Positions 26,400-38,427 are shown, numbered from the whole stretch's first letter. The stretch is 57,419 nt of DNA, filler included, from Sphacelaria rigidula (GCA_964200075.2; 4 parts of 4 records of this genome joined end to end with filler, not necessarily neighbours in it); one strand, 5' to 3'. Notes: a model not told the origin generated them from the sequence alone. A program made the numbers and translations.

Positions 26400-27140
26400 G
26401 TGTGTAGTATGAACAGTCTGTACTGTCTCCACCGCTTGCAAGCAGTGTGTTGAGTGCGTATGTGCGTGTTTCGTACAGTAGGAACTTGAAGAGGAGCGGA
26501 CAACGTGCAGTGCAGACAGCCCAGGACTTCAGTTCTCTCTGCTTACAAAGCGACGTGAAAAGGACTTCAACGACGTGCAGCTTTGTACAGCCTGCACTAT
26601 CCATGAGCGTGTACGCGACTCGGTTGCCCACCGTACCACGCAGTTCCGTCGCCGATCTAGACCATGAAAGAAGATGCACGAGTTTTCGCCAACAAATAAT
26701 CAACAAATCATACCCAACTACTGCAGTGTATCTATCCCTGTGCTCACCTCGTACTGGATGCTGCAGGTTGCGGTAGTAGCTGAGAATGAGTTGGATGGAG
26801 TTCACATGGTTCTGTGAACGGGTGTTGTCTGGCGTGGTGGTCTGTACGGCAGGAGTGAAGTGCCGCTTCGTGCCTTTCGTCGTCATGTTTCCGATCGGAG
26901 AAGCTCAGTGTTCCTGTTTTGTAATTTTTCCCCGCGCGCCACTCATTGCATATTTGAACTGAAGCCTGCCAAGAACGGAAATGCGGTGGACCTATTGGAT
27001 CGGGAAAAACAAAATCGACCGCACTCCAGACTACGTAGTAGTAAGTTCACTCGATTTGATATGGGTATATGGTACTTGTGAAAACAAGATGTACTTGCTC
27101 CGACAATTTCTGGAAGTTGGGACCAGCTGCTGCACCGTGG
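26400..27140 (-). mobile_element. Highly decayed Gypsy-like integrase core remnant
   Basis: Frameshifted motifs GP-LPEIVG-KYIL-FT (cf. 'GPLP...GN.YIL.F.D') and TTPDNTRSQNHVNSIQLILSYY. Same strand as, and upstream of, the 25400-25865 fragment. Confidence 0.4.
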
Positions 27141-28661
27141 GGAGTGCATCGCGTCCGGTATTTACCGGGTACACACCCGGTAATTATCGGGGTGTCCCAT
27201 ACCGTGGTATGCGTTGGTATCGTATGTTTTTCCTCTGTGCCATGAGTAAAGTCTGTTATGATTACACGGACCCTTAACCCTGTCCAATGCCGCCGGCGAT
27301 CATGTTTCTTGAATGTTTGCCGTTTTTTTCGTTGAAACCCGTTTTTTTGTTTACGCAACCCCGGGCATATGTGAACGGCCGGGGAAAAAGTAGTCGGCCC
27401 CGAAATGGCCATATACAGCCCCTTTTGCAGAGGCAAACAAGTGTCGAAAAAGAAACAAGTTAACCGTCCTCGCCGTCGCTGGGCTTGACGCTAGATGGTC
27501 CCAGGCCTTCGTGAAGGCATGCTTATCATATTTCACCACCCTTTCTAACGTTCCTGCCCTCTGTCGCACCGTCACCCCGGTATGCTCCACAGTAAGTCGT
27601 CGTTGCCCATCTTACGAAGTGCTCGGTTCTAAAGCTTCAAGAGGCTCTGCTCGAAGACCCTTCGCGTCACCGTCGTACTCCTCATACTGCTCGAAGATAG
27701 TATGTACTAACTCGTCTATCGAACTTGCGTTCACTCGAACAGAGGTCCCACGGTGAGGAGGAAGTTGCTCACTAAAATCCAGCATAAATCGCGTGGCCGT
27801 CTGCTTAAAAAGTGATCTTCATGCTCGTGAGCCGCAAATATTCTCTATATATACTACAAGCCACACGGAACCCGGTGCTACGCACCCGTCCCGTCCGTCT
27901 TTTTCGAGGTTCTCGGTATTCTTGCCTTGCCAAGCCCTCGTGAGAATTGACCCTTTCGCGAAATTATCATTGCATATGAAAGAAAAACAAACGAAAACTG
28001 CTGCAGGGCTGAGGGTATGCATCACGAGGAAAAGTGCGTGTCCAGTACAGTAGAGCGAGGAGTACGAAAGGGTCGTTGCGCAGTTGGCTCCTTCACCGTT
28101 ACTGTTGAAAACAAATCATGAGAACAAAAAGTTAAAGTTGTTGCGGACTGCGGGTATGAAGATCGAGAAAATATGACGATAATAATTGTAATGATCACAG
28201 CCGAAAAATGTCAATTTGTAATGTAACCTCAAGTAATGTGTGGCCGTCTTTGCAGATTGTACCACACTACTACACCCACTGCTTACCGCTGTGCTGTGAA
28301 ACAAATGATGTCAGTTGCCCGTCATTGTTTGTCCCCATTTGTGTGGGCACAACAGCAGCACAGAGTAGCATGTACGCGTTGACTGCTCTGACGGCGCTTC
28401 TGTCTGGTGTGGGAGTACTGTTGTGTTGCAGAGCGCGGATGATCTATCAAAGAAAATATGCGTCTCTCTCTCCTTACTCGCTATTTCAGCAGCAGCGGCT
28501 GATATCGAACGGACGAAAGAAGGATCGCAGTACTGTACTCCTGCTCTCTATGGTACGCCGTGACGAGTGTACTGCAGCTCAACATTTTGGCATGAGCGCA
28601 CGCACCCGAATAAGATCGCACGGTTCCTTGGAGCGCTGTACTGCACTATGCACTGCTGCTT

Positions 28662-28761
28662 NNNNNNNNNNNNNNNNNNNNNNNNNNNNNNNNNNNNNNN
28701 NNNNNTTAATTAATTAANNNNNNNNNNNNNNNNNNNNNNNNNNNNNNNNNNNNNNNNNNNN
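28662..28761. other. Artificial scaffold-joining linker
   Basis: N44-TTAATTAATTAA-N44. Confidence 0.97.
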
Positions 28762-28984
28762 CACCGTGTAACGCCCGACCCCTTGTTTGTTTTCCAGACT
28801 CTGCGGGAAGGGAGGGAGCGACGCAAGGAGGAAGCTAAGCTGCGCCACGTTTGCGATCGATCGAGGCCAGAAGGAAACCTCCAGGTGAGACCAGTTGACA
28901 CCAGAGCCGTCCTGTTTTCCACGGCAAGCCTCGCAGGCGCGGTGCTCAGCCGGAGCGCGCCAAAGTAGCTTAAATTCGAACATC

Positions 28985-29250
28985 GGCACCGCCTGTACCG
29001 CGCGCCCCCCAGACTGTTTCACCGACGACCGGACCCCCGAAATGCACCATCGCCAGCCAACCATTGCTGTACCACGCGTACCAAAACTTTGCCGCTCTCA
29101 TTTTCGGTGGCGATCAAAGGTCGCGAGAGGCGCACTCAGTTTTCCCGCCAGCCTGAATGCGCCGTGACTGAAACAAAATTACCTTGCTCTCCTCCATACC
29201 GCAAACTTGGAATTTGAACAGGCGCTGGAAGCTACGGCCCCCCTCCATCC
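28985..29250. repeat. Non-coding repeat R, copy 1 (downstream of the JmjC gene)
   Basis: cgcctgtaccgcgcg...ccccgaaatgcaccatcgcc...gatcaaaggtc...ggaatttgaacaggcgctggaagctac matches 36408-36615. Confidence 0.8.
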
Positions 29251-29260
29251 TCGTGTTCGG

Positions 29261-29906
29261 CTACGCTACCACACGAGATTCAGCTAATTCTGGAAAATGC
29301 CACACCACCCCGATGGCCAACCCTGTCGAATGCACGGCATGGTGCCACCTATGTTGCACGATCATAGTATCTCCCCTGGACAACAGGCTCGCCTCATCTA
29401 CGTACTTGTCTATCTCAGACATACCCTCCTCCATCCCATCAAACACTGTGAGTTTGGGCACATCCACACCAGCGTCGCAAACGGTCCACCTCTTGCGCCC
29501 ATGCACCAGCACGTGCGGTCCTGTGGTAGTGTCTTGGTGTAGTCTTGCAAACACCTCACCTATGGACACGAGAACAGTAACCGCTTCGTTTCGGTTGTTT
29601 GCGATTTTCACGTGTTTTTGCAAAGTTTCTTGTAGGGGAGACCAGTTAAGGCGGTCTAGAGCCTTCTGTGATACATCCATTGCCGAGAGATTGAGGCTCA
29701 TGTAAGCTGATCCCCCGGGACTAGTATCCATGGCCCCCATGATGGCGTCTCTCAAAGCCTCTCCTCCTTCTTCACAACGCCGTCCTTCTCTCAGCGCAAC
29801 TGTAATCTTCTCCCGTGGGGCTGCGCCAGTGTCGGCATGTTGCTGATGTATATCTCGCCCGTGCCTGAGACCGCGTTTGCTTCGACACCTTTGCTCCGCA
29901 GCAGGC
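29261..29906 (-). CDS. JmjC/cupin Fe(II)-2OG oxygenase domain, last exon (gene possibly pseudogenised)
   Basis: Translates ...ARLHQDTTTGPHVLVHGRKRWTV...LSRGDTMIVQHRWHHAVHSTG, i.e. HxD, G-x-K-x-W, GD..[IV]...WxHxV of the JmjC fold. Acceptor gcacacag| at 29907. Confidence 0.75.
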
Positions 29907-30179
29907 CTGTGTGCGCGAAAAAAACACGAACTCATCGCGTGAGGAAGTTTCTCATAGCTGATTACAAATCATGCCGTCGCATGTTGAGGCTAGCCGCCCA
30001 ATCAGTGCCCGAGCTACTACAGCACGCATTTGATGCGATAGCAGAGCAGCAAAAAGAGGGTGTGTGCGTGTGTGATGTAGCAGTGAGCCATCATTCTCTA
30101 AAAATAGATAAACGGAAAAGTGATTTCAGAAGATGCAGCGGAAAACGTTTGTAGGTTGAAAACACACGCACACACTCAC

Positions 30180-30602
30180 TTCGTAAAGCGTTTCCCATGG
30201 TGGGTTTTCCTCCTGCATTTTGAACGGATTCCTCGCAAGGACCATCCGTCCATTCCACTGAGACGGGTGTGTTGTCGACCCCAGGCGTAGTAGGCATCGA
30301 GGGGCAAGTTGGTCGAAGCGGTCCTGCTTCATTTTTTGACGAGATGCTCGCTGGGATCCTATTGCGAACTTTCCACCATCTTTTCTCTTCTGGGGACAGA
30401 TCTCTTTTCCATTGACGTCCACGTGAGTAGCGTGCTTGTTTTCCTTGAGTCGTTTGTAAGCAACGAAGCCCCTGCACTCGACACAATGCCCTGCCTTGCA
30501 ACTTTGGAAGCAGTTGACACAAGTCTTCCGGTAGGGGACGCCAGGAACATTTGAGCCGTCTGGGGAAGAAGGTGTGAAGTGTCGATGGCACGTTGAAGGC
30601 AT
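30180..30602 (-). CDS. Probable first coding exon of the JmjC gene; Cys-rich and basic
   Basis: gacag|cgATG start, donor GAA|gtgagt. Translates MPSTCHRH...RKTCVNCFQSCKAGHCVECRGF...PWETLYE. The link to the JmjC exon is inferred from strand and proximity. Confidence 0.5.
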
Positions 30603-30679
30603 CGCTGTCGCACACACACACACCGAAGTTTTTCGTTCGTATTAGGGGCGGCGAAAATATATTGATCAGAGAAAAAATG

Positions 30680-31385
30680 TGTGACTACGAAAAGAGTCCA
30701 TTCCACGGCCCCCGTCACTGAAATGCAGTCAAATGGTAAAAGAACCGTGTGTACTAGGGGAATTCTGTGTAATCCCGCTTGAGAAACCCAACAGCTGTAC
30801 ACAACGATTTCTCTCTCTCGCACACCCACACACACGCACGCATACAGCATACACAGCACACACAGCACACACACGTTTCTCTCATCTCGCGTGCCTGCAT
30901 GCTCTCTCTGATAGGATGAGAAAAGAAAAACACGTGTGACGACGAAATGAGTCCATTCCACGGCTCCCGTCACTGAAATGCAGTCAAATGGTACAGGTAC
31001 CGTGTGTACTTGGTATATTCTGTGCATTCCAGCCTGAGAAACCCAACAGCTGCACACAACGGTTTCTCTCTCTACACGCCCACACACACGCACGCAGAAT
31101 ACAAAGCACGCACACTTTTCTCTACCTCGCGTGGTCGCATGCTCTCTCTGATTGATAAAAGAAAAACACGAGGGATCACGAAAAGAGTCCGTTCCACGGC
31201 CCCGTACTGAAATGCAGTCAAATGGTACAGGTACCGTGTATACCTGGTATATTCTGTGTATTCCAGTCTGAGCAACCCAATAGCTGCACACAACGGTTTC
31301 TCTCTCTCGCACACCCACACACACGCACGCAGGATACACAGCACACACACTTTTCTCTATCTCGGGTGGTCGCACGCTCTCTCTG
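30680..31385. repeat. Three tandem ~240-bp units with CT/CA microsatellites
   Basis: gagtcc(a/g)ttccacggc..ctgaaatgcagtcaaatggta..aacccaa.agctg.acacaacg.tttctctctc recurs at ~30691, ~30947 and ~31181. Confidence 0.85.
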
Positions 31386-32800
31386 GTCTGCGGCGAAGCT
31401 CTCCCGATCCCTCTCTTCTGCTCGTTCGCACCTTCTCGTCTGCTCACAAGCTCTCCCTTTCTCTCGCCTGCTCACACGCTCCCTCTCGTCTGTTTAAGCA
31501 CCCCCTCTCGTCTGCTCTCGCCTTCCCCTCTCTCTCCTCTCTCTCCGGTAATACACACTGCTCGGGGTTCAAGGGTACCTACCATTTGGTGCCTCCACAT
31601 GTGAGTAGCGGGTTCAAGAGTACCATGTGCGGTGCCTCGTCATATGCACGGCGGGTTCAAGAGTACGATCTGCGGTGCCCCGCGTCCTTCGTTTGGTAGC
31701 GCGCACTAGGCGCACACTCGAAAGGCCAGATGGGGTGGAGCTGTGCGGAAGTCGGTTGCAAGCAGACAGGATCGTATGGCTACAGAGGTGAGCAGGCGGT
31801 TTGGTAACCCCATCCTTCACGGTGAACATGTCGTTACACTGCATCTCTTTTCCTCTCTCTCCCTCTAGCTCCCCTGTCTCTCTTTCGCCCTCCTCTCTCT
31901 CTTCTTTGCCAACTCCTTCTCCCTCACTCTATCCTTNNNNNNNNNNNNNNNNNNNNNNNNNNNNNNNNNNNNNNNNNNNNNNNNNNNNNNNNNNNNNNNN
32001 NNNNNNNNNNNNNNNNNNNNNNNNNNNNNNNNNNNNNNNNNNNNNNNNNNNNNNNNNNNNNNNNNNNNNNNNNNNNNNNNNNNNNNNNNNNNNNNNNNNN
32101 NNNNNNNNNNNNNNNNNNNNNNNNNNNNNNNNNNNNNNNNNNNNNNNNNNNNNNNNNNNNNNNNNNNNNNNNNNNNNNNNNNNNNNNNNNNNNNNNNNNN
32201 NNNNNNNNNNNNNNNNNNNNNNNNNNNNNNNNNNNNNNNNNNNNNNNNNNNNNNNNNNNNNNNNNNNNNNNNNNNNNNNNNNNNNNNNNNNNNNNNNNNN
32301 NNNNNNNNNNNNNNNNNNNNNNNNNNNNNNNNNNNNNNNNNNNNNNNNNNNNNNNNNNNNNNNNNNNNNNNNNNNNNNNNNNNNNNNNNNNNNNNNNNNN
32401 NNNNNNNNNNNNNNNNNNNNNNNNNNNNNNNNNNNNNNNNNNNNNNNNNNNNNNNNNNNNNNNNNNNNNNNNNNNNNNNNNNNNNNNNNNNNNNNNNNNN
32501 NNNNNNNNNNNNNNNNNNNNNNNNNNNNNNNNNNNNNNNNNNNNNNNNNNNNNNNNNNNNNNNNNNNNNNNNNNNNNNNNNNNNNNNNNNNNNNNNNNNN
32601 NNNNNNNNNNNNNNNNNNNNNNNNNNNNNNNNNNNNNNNNNNNNNNNNNNNNNNNNNNNNNNNNNNNNNNNNNNNNNNNNNNNNNNNNNNNNNNNNNNNN
32701 NNNNNNNNNNNNNNNNNNNNNNNNNNNNNNNNNNNNNNNNNNNNNNNNNNNNNNNNNNNNNNNNNNNNNNNNNNNNNNNNNNNNNNNNNNNNNNNNNNNN

Positions 32801-35203
32801 ATGAGTAAACCCAACACGGTTGTTCGCACGAGGGGTTCCACAGGCCCTCGTAAGTCAGCTGTAACAGTTCTGGGCATAGCAGCAGCAGCACGTGCGGTAG
32901 CGATGGCGGCCGACGAGGAAGTCAGGCAGATGGTGGCGCAGCTGGTAGACAGAGAATCAGCGAAGGCAGCAGCAGCGGGCAAGGAGGGTAAAGGGAAAGG
33001 GCCGTGGCTATCACCAGCGTTGGTGGTGAACACAGCAGCGGCAGCATCACCAGCAGTGGTAGAGGGAGAGGAGTGCGAGGGAGGAGGGGAAGGGGAGTCG
33101 GTAGCCGACACAGTGCCATCATTTGCAGCGACGGGAGATGAGGGAGACGAGGGAGAAGAAATAAGGAAGACGATGCCGCAACTAGCAGGAGCGCGCGTAG
33201 AGGGGGAGGGGGAAGGGGAACCACCAGAGTCAGCGGTCAACCCCGCAGCGGTAGAAGCGGGCGAGCGGGGTGGGGGGAGGGGAACGCGCGCTGGTTACAG
33301 ACACATTTCGGGCGCCAGCAGCAGGTGTGCCACCAGCAACAGCACCAACACCAGCGCCAGTGACACCACAATGCGTTGGAGGAGAAGGCGCCGACGGAGG
33401 GAGAGGGCGGGCAAAGGCGACAAATTTATACCTCCTCGCGACCGCCGCCTGTTCGGCCGGAGCGATGGCAAGCGAGGGTGGGAGTCTGGTGGAAGCGGGA
33501 GCGGAGGTGTTCATGACCACAAGGTGGGTGCTGGCGATTCCAAAGCGCATGTGTCTGAAATCTGAGTTCTGGAGGGATCGAGAGAGGTGGCGGGCGATGG
33601 AGCCAAATCATGCCAAAAAAATGAGGGGGGATTGTTACACCCTCCCGTGTTAGACACCATGGCAGGCACCGCAGCCAGAACGTACAAAGAGAAGTTTAAC
33701 GCTGTTTGAAAACTGATACCCGCTCCACCCCTTGGACCACTCGTTTCAATAGGTTCCGAACGTTTCGCAAGAGCTCGCGGCCGCACAGGTGACTGGCACT
33801 CAGTCAGACGAGGCAGTGGCGGCACCTGCATCTGCGCAGGCCGTGGTCAAGGCTGTAGCGCGTGTACAAGAGACGGAGCATGACCAGCCTGTTCCGGCGA
33901 GAGAGACCTTGGTGAAAAGTGACGGGGCGGTGCAGGCAGCTGGAGAGGCCGATGCAGGCGGAGTGACGCCGATGTCTAACGCGTTGGTTTTGGTAGCACA
34001 GGAGCCGGGTGAAGCTCCGCGAGTACAGAACAGCCGCGGCTCGCACGACTTGCTCGGGCATGCACCACCAGCAACGCCAGCACCAGCAGCGGCGGGCGAG
34101 GAGAAGCAGGGGGGGGCGTACTCATTTGTTGCTTGCCTTAGTCAGTTGACCATTGACCACGCATCCCTTTCGAGACGGAGCAGAGAAGCAGGGGGGAGGG
34201 GTTGTAAGCGAGTCACTAGGGTCGGTGGTAAGCGCAGCACCAGCAACACCAGCACCAGCAGCTGCGCGCGAGGATCAGGAGGAAGTTGTAAGCGAGACAC
34301 TAGCAACGGCGCCACAAGGTGTTGAATGCATTTCGAGAAGCGGCGGCGGCGAAGGCACCGGCGGAGGGAGAGGCCAGGCCAGCGCGACAAGTCCAGACCT
34401 CCTCGCGGCCGCCACCTGTTTGAGCGCCGCAGCGGTGGCATGCGAGGGTGGGAGTGTTGGTGGGAGTGGGAGCGGGAGCGAGAACCAAAGTGGTGATGAA
34501 CATGAGGTGGGTATTGGCGATTCCAAAGCGCATTGTGTCACTGAAACTTGACTTTACGTAAGAAAAAGGGGATGGTCGCTATTGCTGAAAGAACATGTGC
34601 GACCCGAGTTGATACCGCCACACATCGCAGAGATGCATGCATGTTGTTCGAACATTTTCATCGACTGCTTCCCCCTGTCACCGGCCCACTCTTCTAACCA
34701 CTCGTTCCTACGTGGCGGTGCAGGCGGCAGGAGAGGCCGATGCCGGCGAAGTGATGCCGACGTCTAGCGAGTTGGCGGGTGTAGCACAAGGGCCGGATGA
34801 AGCACAGCGAGTGCAGAAGAGCCGCGGCTCGTCAAGTGGGATGGTGGGGGGAAAGGAGAACAGCAAAGAGCTCCAAGACGCCGGGACGGACAATACTTTG
34901 TTGCTGGCCGTGGGCTCTGTGGCTGCTTTGCACCCCACGAACCTCCCCGCGAGCCGGGACGATCAGATGGCCGGCAACGCTGAGACAGTCGCGACAGCAG
35001 ATGACGTTACAGCAGCGATAGCGACAGCCGCAGCGGAGTTTAGTACATCGAGCGGTAAACGAGGGACAGTTGAAGGTGGAGCGAGCGAGGAAGAATGCGC
35101 GGCACCAGCATCAGCAGCGGAGGGTGAGGAGGAGCAGGTGGGAGAGGGGGGAGAGGTGAGGCAGGCACCACCAGCAACAACAGCACCAGCAGCGGAGCCA
35201 TAA
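32801..35203 (+). pseudogene. Ala/Gly/Glu/Pro-rich low-complexity multi-exon gene, copy 1 (paralog of 40597-43040), disrupted
   Basis: Exons ~32801-33523 (AAG|gtgggt), 33753-34506 (caatag|, GAG|gtgggt) and ~34712-35203. Extensive similarity to 40886-42910. Frameshifted by a LINE-tail insertion. Both ends lie in N gaps. Confidence 0.65.
34115..34182 (-). mobile_element. 68-bp 5'-truncated LINE tail with 14-bp target-site duplication
   Basis: Reverse complement matches 13212-13280. Flanked by gagaagcagggggg at 34101-34114 and 34183-34196. Confidence 0.9.
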
Positions 35204-36407
35204 AGCGGCGAGAGCGGAAGCGAGATAGACGCCGCGATATCGGTGTAGACGTACACAAAAAGNNNNNNNNNNNNNNNNNNNNNNNNNNNNNNNNNNNNNN
35301 NNNNNNNNNNNNNNNNNNNNNNNNNNNNNNNNNNNNNNNNNNNNNNNNNNNNNNNNNNNNNNNNNNNNNNNNNNNNNNNNNNNNNNNNNNNNNNNNNNNN
35401 NNNNNNNNNNNNNNNNNNNNNNNNNNNNNNNNNNNNNNNNNNNNNNNNNNNNNNNNNNNNNNNNNNNNNNNNNNNNNNNNNNNNNNNNNNNNNNNNNNNN
35501 NNNNNNNNNNNNNNNNNNNNNNNNNNNNNNNNNNNNNNNNNNNNNNNNNNNNNNNNNNNNNNNNNNNNNNNNNNNNNNNNNNNNNNNNNNNNNNNNNNNN
35601 NNNNNNNNNNNNNNNNNNNNNNNNNNNNNNNNNNNNNNNNNNNNNNNNNNNNNNNNNNNNNNNNNNNNNNNNNNNNNNNNNNNNNNNNNNNNNNNNNNNN
35701 NNNNNNNNNNNNNNNNNNNNNNNNNNNNNNNNNNNNNNNNNNNNNNNNNNNNNNNNNNNNNNNNNNNNNNNNNNNNNNNNNNNNNNNNNNNNNNNNNNNN
35801 NNNNNNNNNNNNNNNNNNNNNNNNNNNNNNNNNNNNNNNNNNNNNNNNNNNNNNNNNNNNNNNNNNNNNNNNNNNNNNNNNNNNNNNNNNNNNNNNNNNN
35901 NNNNNNNNNNNNNNNNNNNNNNNNNNNNNNNNNNNNNNNNNNNNNNNNNNNNNNNNNNNNNNNNNNNNNNNNNNNNNNNNNNNNNNNNNNNNNNNNNNNN
36001 NNNNNNNNNNNNNNNNNNNNNNNNNNNNNNNNNNNNNNNNNNNNNNNNNNNNNNNNNNNNNNNNNNNNNNNNNNNNNNNNNNNGACGGTGGGTTTATTCC
36101 TTTCCAAACCGCGGACTGGTCGTGTCCACACCCGGCCTCCGGCTCAAGACGATCAAACCATAAACGAACGGAGACGAAATATTCCATTGGTAGGGCCACG
36201 CGCAAAGGTGGTAGATTCCCGACCCTGTTAAAACCCTAAAATGCGCCATCACCAACCAACCGTTCCTGTATCCCCCCTCTGTTCCTTCGCGATGAAATGT
36301 CCCTATAGGCGCCGCCCGATAGAAGGAGGGGGAGGGAGGGTCTTTGGGGATGGTACCATCTGAGGCTGTTGCATCGCACTTTGATTCTAGCATATGTCGA
36401 CGATCCA

Positions 36408-36615
36408 CACCGCCTGTACCGCGCGACCCAAACTGTTCCCACCGGAACCACACACCCCGAAATGCGCCATCGCCACCCAACCGTTGCTGCCCCCCCCTCC
36501 GTTTCGGCGATGATCAAAGGTCCCGATTGGCTCGACTAAAATTTTGTTGCCTTGCTCGCTGGAATTTGAACAGGCGCTGGAAGCTACACCCCCCGTCGCC
36601 CAGATCGCCATCCTC
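36408..36615. repeat. Non-coding repeat R, copy 2 (downstream of the FNIP gene)
   Basis: Homologous to 28985-29250. Extra partial copies of the core motif at ~36235 and ~36921. Confidence 0.8.
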
Positions 36616-37026
36616 GGAGAACATGGTGTACATGCGAGATGGACGGCTACGACCATTGTATCCAGATGTACCTCGCTGTAGTGTTGTTCAGCGCGTTGTA
36701 GGTGTCTTCACCCTCAAAATGGTCCCGATCTCTGCCCAATACTCTCTGCATCCACACTGGTCCAACCGACCGGAGACCCTCCGTGTGTCGTTAGAAAATC
36801 AGACAAAAACAAAAAAGAGGAAAGCCCAGACAAAAGGCAGGAAATATATACGGAGTATAGATCAGCAAAACTCGCAGAAAGACGGACCTGGCACCGTCCC
36901 TGTTTCTGCAGCGACGAGACCCCCCGAAACGCCCCATCACCAGACAACCATCTGTGACAACGGGTGCCCCTGAGTGCGCAGAAACGACATGTCTCGAAGA
37001 GCGACACCGTGCTTCAAGCCGGCAGA

Positions 37027-38210
37027 TTACTGAATGAGGAAAAATGGCTTAACGCGTGGTGCAAGCCGTGATCCCCAAATTGCCACCCCTGTTTCAAAAC
37101 GGTACAACCACCTGGGCCATCTGATCCCGCTGCCGATGGGTTGATTGATTATGTGCCCCACCGATATCTGCTGCAGCGATGCCGGCCACACAAATCCAGC
37201 GATCGGCTGGTTGGAGCACCACCCGAACGATTGCTGTTGAAGAGAGGCCGGCCACACAACCCCGGTGATGGGCTGGTTGAACCAAGTCCCAAACGATAGC
37301 CGCTGCAGGGAGGCCGGCCACACGATTGGCTGTTTGAAGTCTACCCCGAGCGATAGCCGCTGCAGAGAGGTCGGCCACACGAATTTGACGAGGGGTCGGT
37401 TAAAGCATCCCTCAAACGATAGCTGCTGTAGCGAAGCCGGCCAGCTAACTCCGGCGATGGGCTGGTTGAAAGTAAACCCGAATGATAACTGTTGCAGCAA
37501 CGACGGCCACGCACTTCCGACGATGGGGTGATCGAAACTATCCCCGAACGATAGCGGCTGCAATGGGCTGATTGAATTCCTGGCGGAACGATAGCTGCCT
37601 CACCGAGTCCGGCCACGCAACTCCGACGATGGGCTGGTCGAAATTGCGCCCGAACGATAGCTGCTGCAGCAAGTCCGACCACGCGACCTCGGGAATAGTT
37701 GAACCAATCCCCGAACGAATGCAACGAGGCTGGCAACACAACTCCGGTGATGGACTTGGTGAAGCTACCCCTCAAGTCTAGCTGTTGCAGCGACGCCGCC
37801 CACATAACTCCGGACGTGTCGAAGCAAATCCCGAACGATAGCTGCCGCAGAGAAGATGGCCAGCCAACTCGGGTGATAGGCTGGTTGAACAATGCACCGA
37901 ACGACAGATCATGCAGGCGAGGGTGGCCACACCACTCTGGATATGGGATAGTCGAAATCATACCCGAACTCAGATGCTGCAGCGCATCCCTTCGGCGGTA
38001 TGTGACCCGAGTTCCCTTTGATACGTGGTTCACGCCCAAACCGTAAAGTGGGCGGTGTTTCTTCTTCGACCCATACCCTCAGCGCCGGGAAGCCTCGGCA
38101 TGCCGTGCACAAGCCCAGTGATGCCAGCTGCAGCTCAAGTGCAGACGCAAACCAAAACCTATCCTTAGTGATGTTGAAGGCTCCTAGGCACCGCTTGTTG
38201 ACCAATGAAA
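37027..38210 (-). pseudogene. FNIP-repeat (22-aa, LRR-like) exon with frameshifts
   Basis: About a dozen units of consensus SFGxxFNQPIxGVxWPASLQQL (66-bp period), split across three frames. Acceptor ccgatag| at 38211. Confidence 0.85.
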
Positions 38211-38427
38211 CTATCGGTTGAGAGGAGAAAATAGATAAGGACATGAGAAGAAACAAATATGAACGCGACACCTCCAGGGATGCGTTGAGAGGATAGGCGA
38301 GGGATACGTGTGGGACCCGTACATGTACATGCATCAAGTGCATTGCAACGTACATGCTTCGGTGACACATCCACATTTCCGTGCTAGGTCAACATAGACA
38401 AAAATGCCACCGTGTTTTCTTACTTAC

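Noticed and set aside
30359-31447. 362-aa minus-strand ORF with internal repeats
   Set aside because: It is a read-through of a non-coding CA/CT-rich tandem repeat, with no recognisable domain.
31801-33240. Long ORFs of 320-438 aa (also 35040-36205)
   Set aside because: They consist mostly of N-gap X residues.
37130-37980. Regularly spaced repeats (ccgaacgatagctgctgcag) resembling a CRISPR array
   Set aside because: The period is 66 bp, equal to 22 codons, and it translates to FNIP repeats on the minus strand. The context is eukaryotic with no cas genes.
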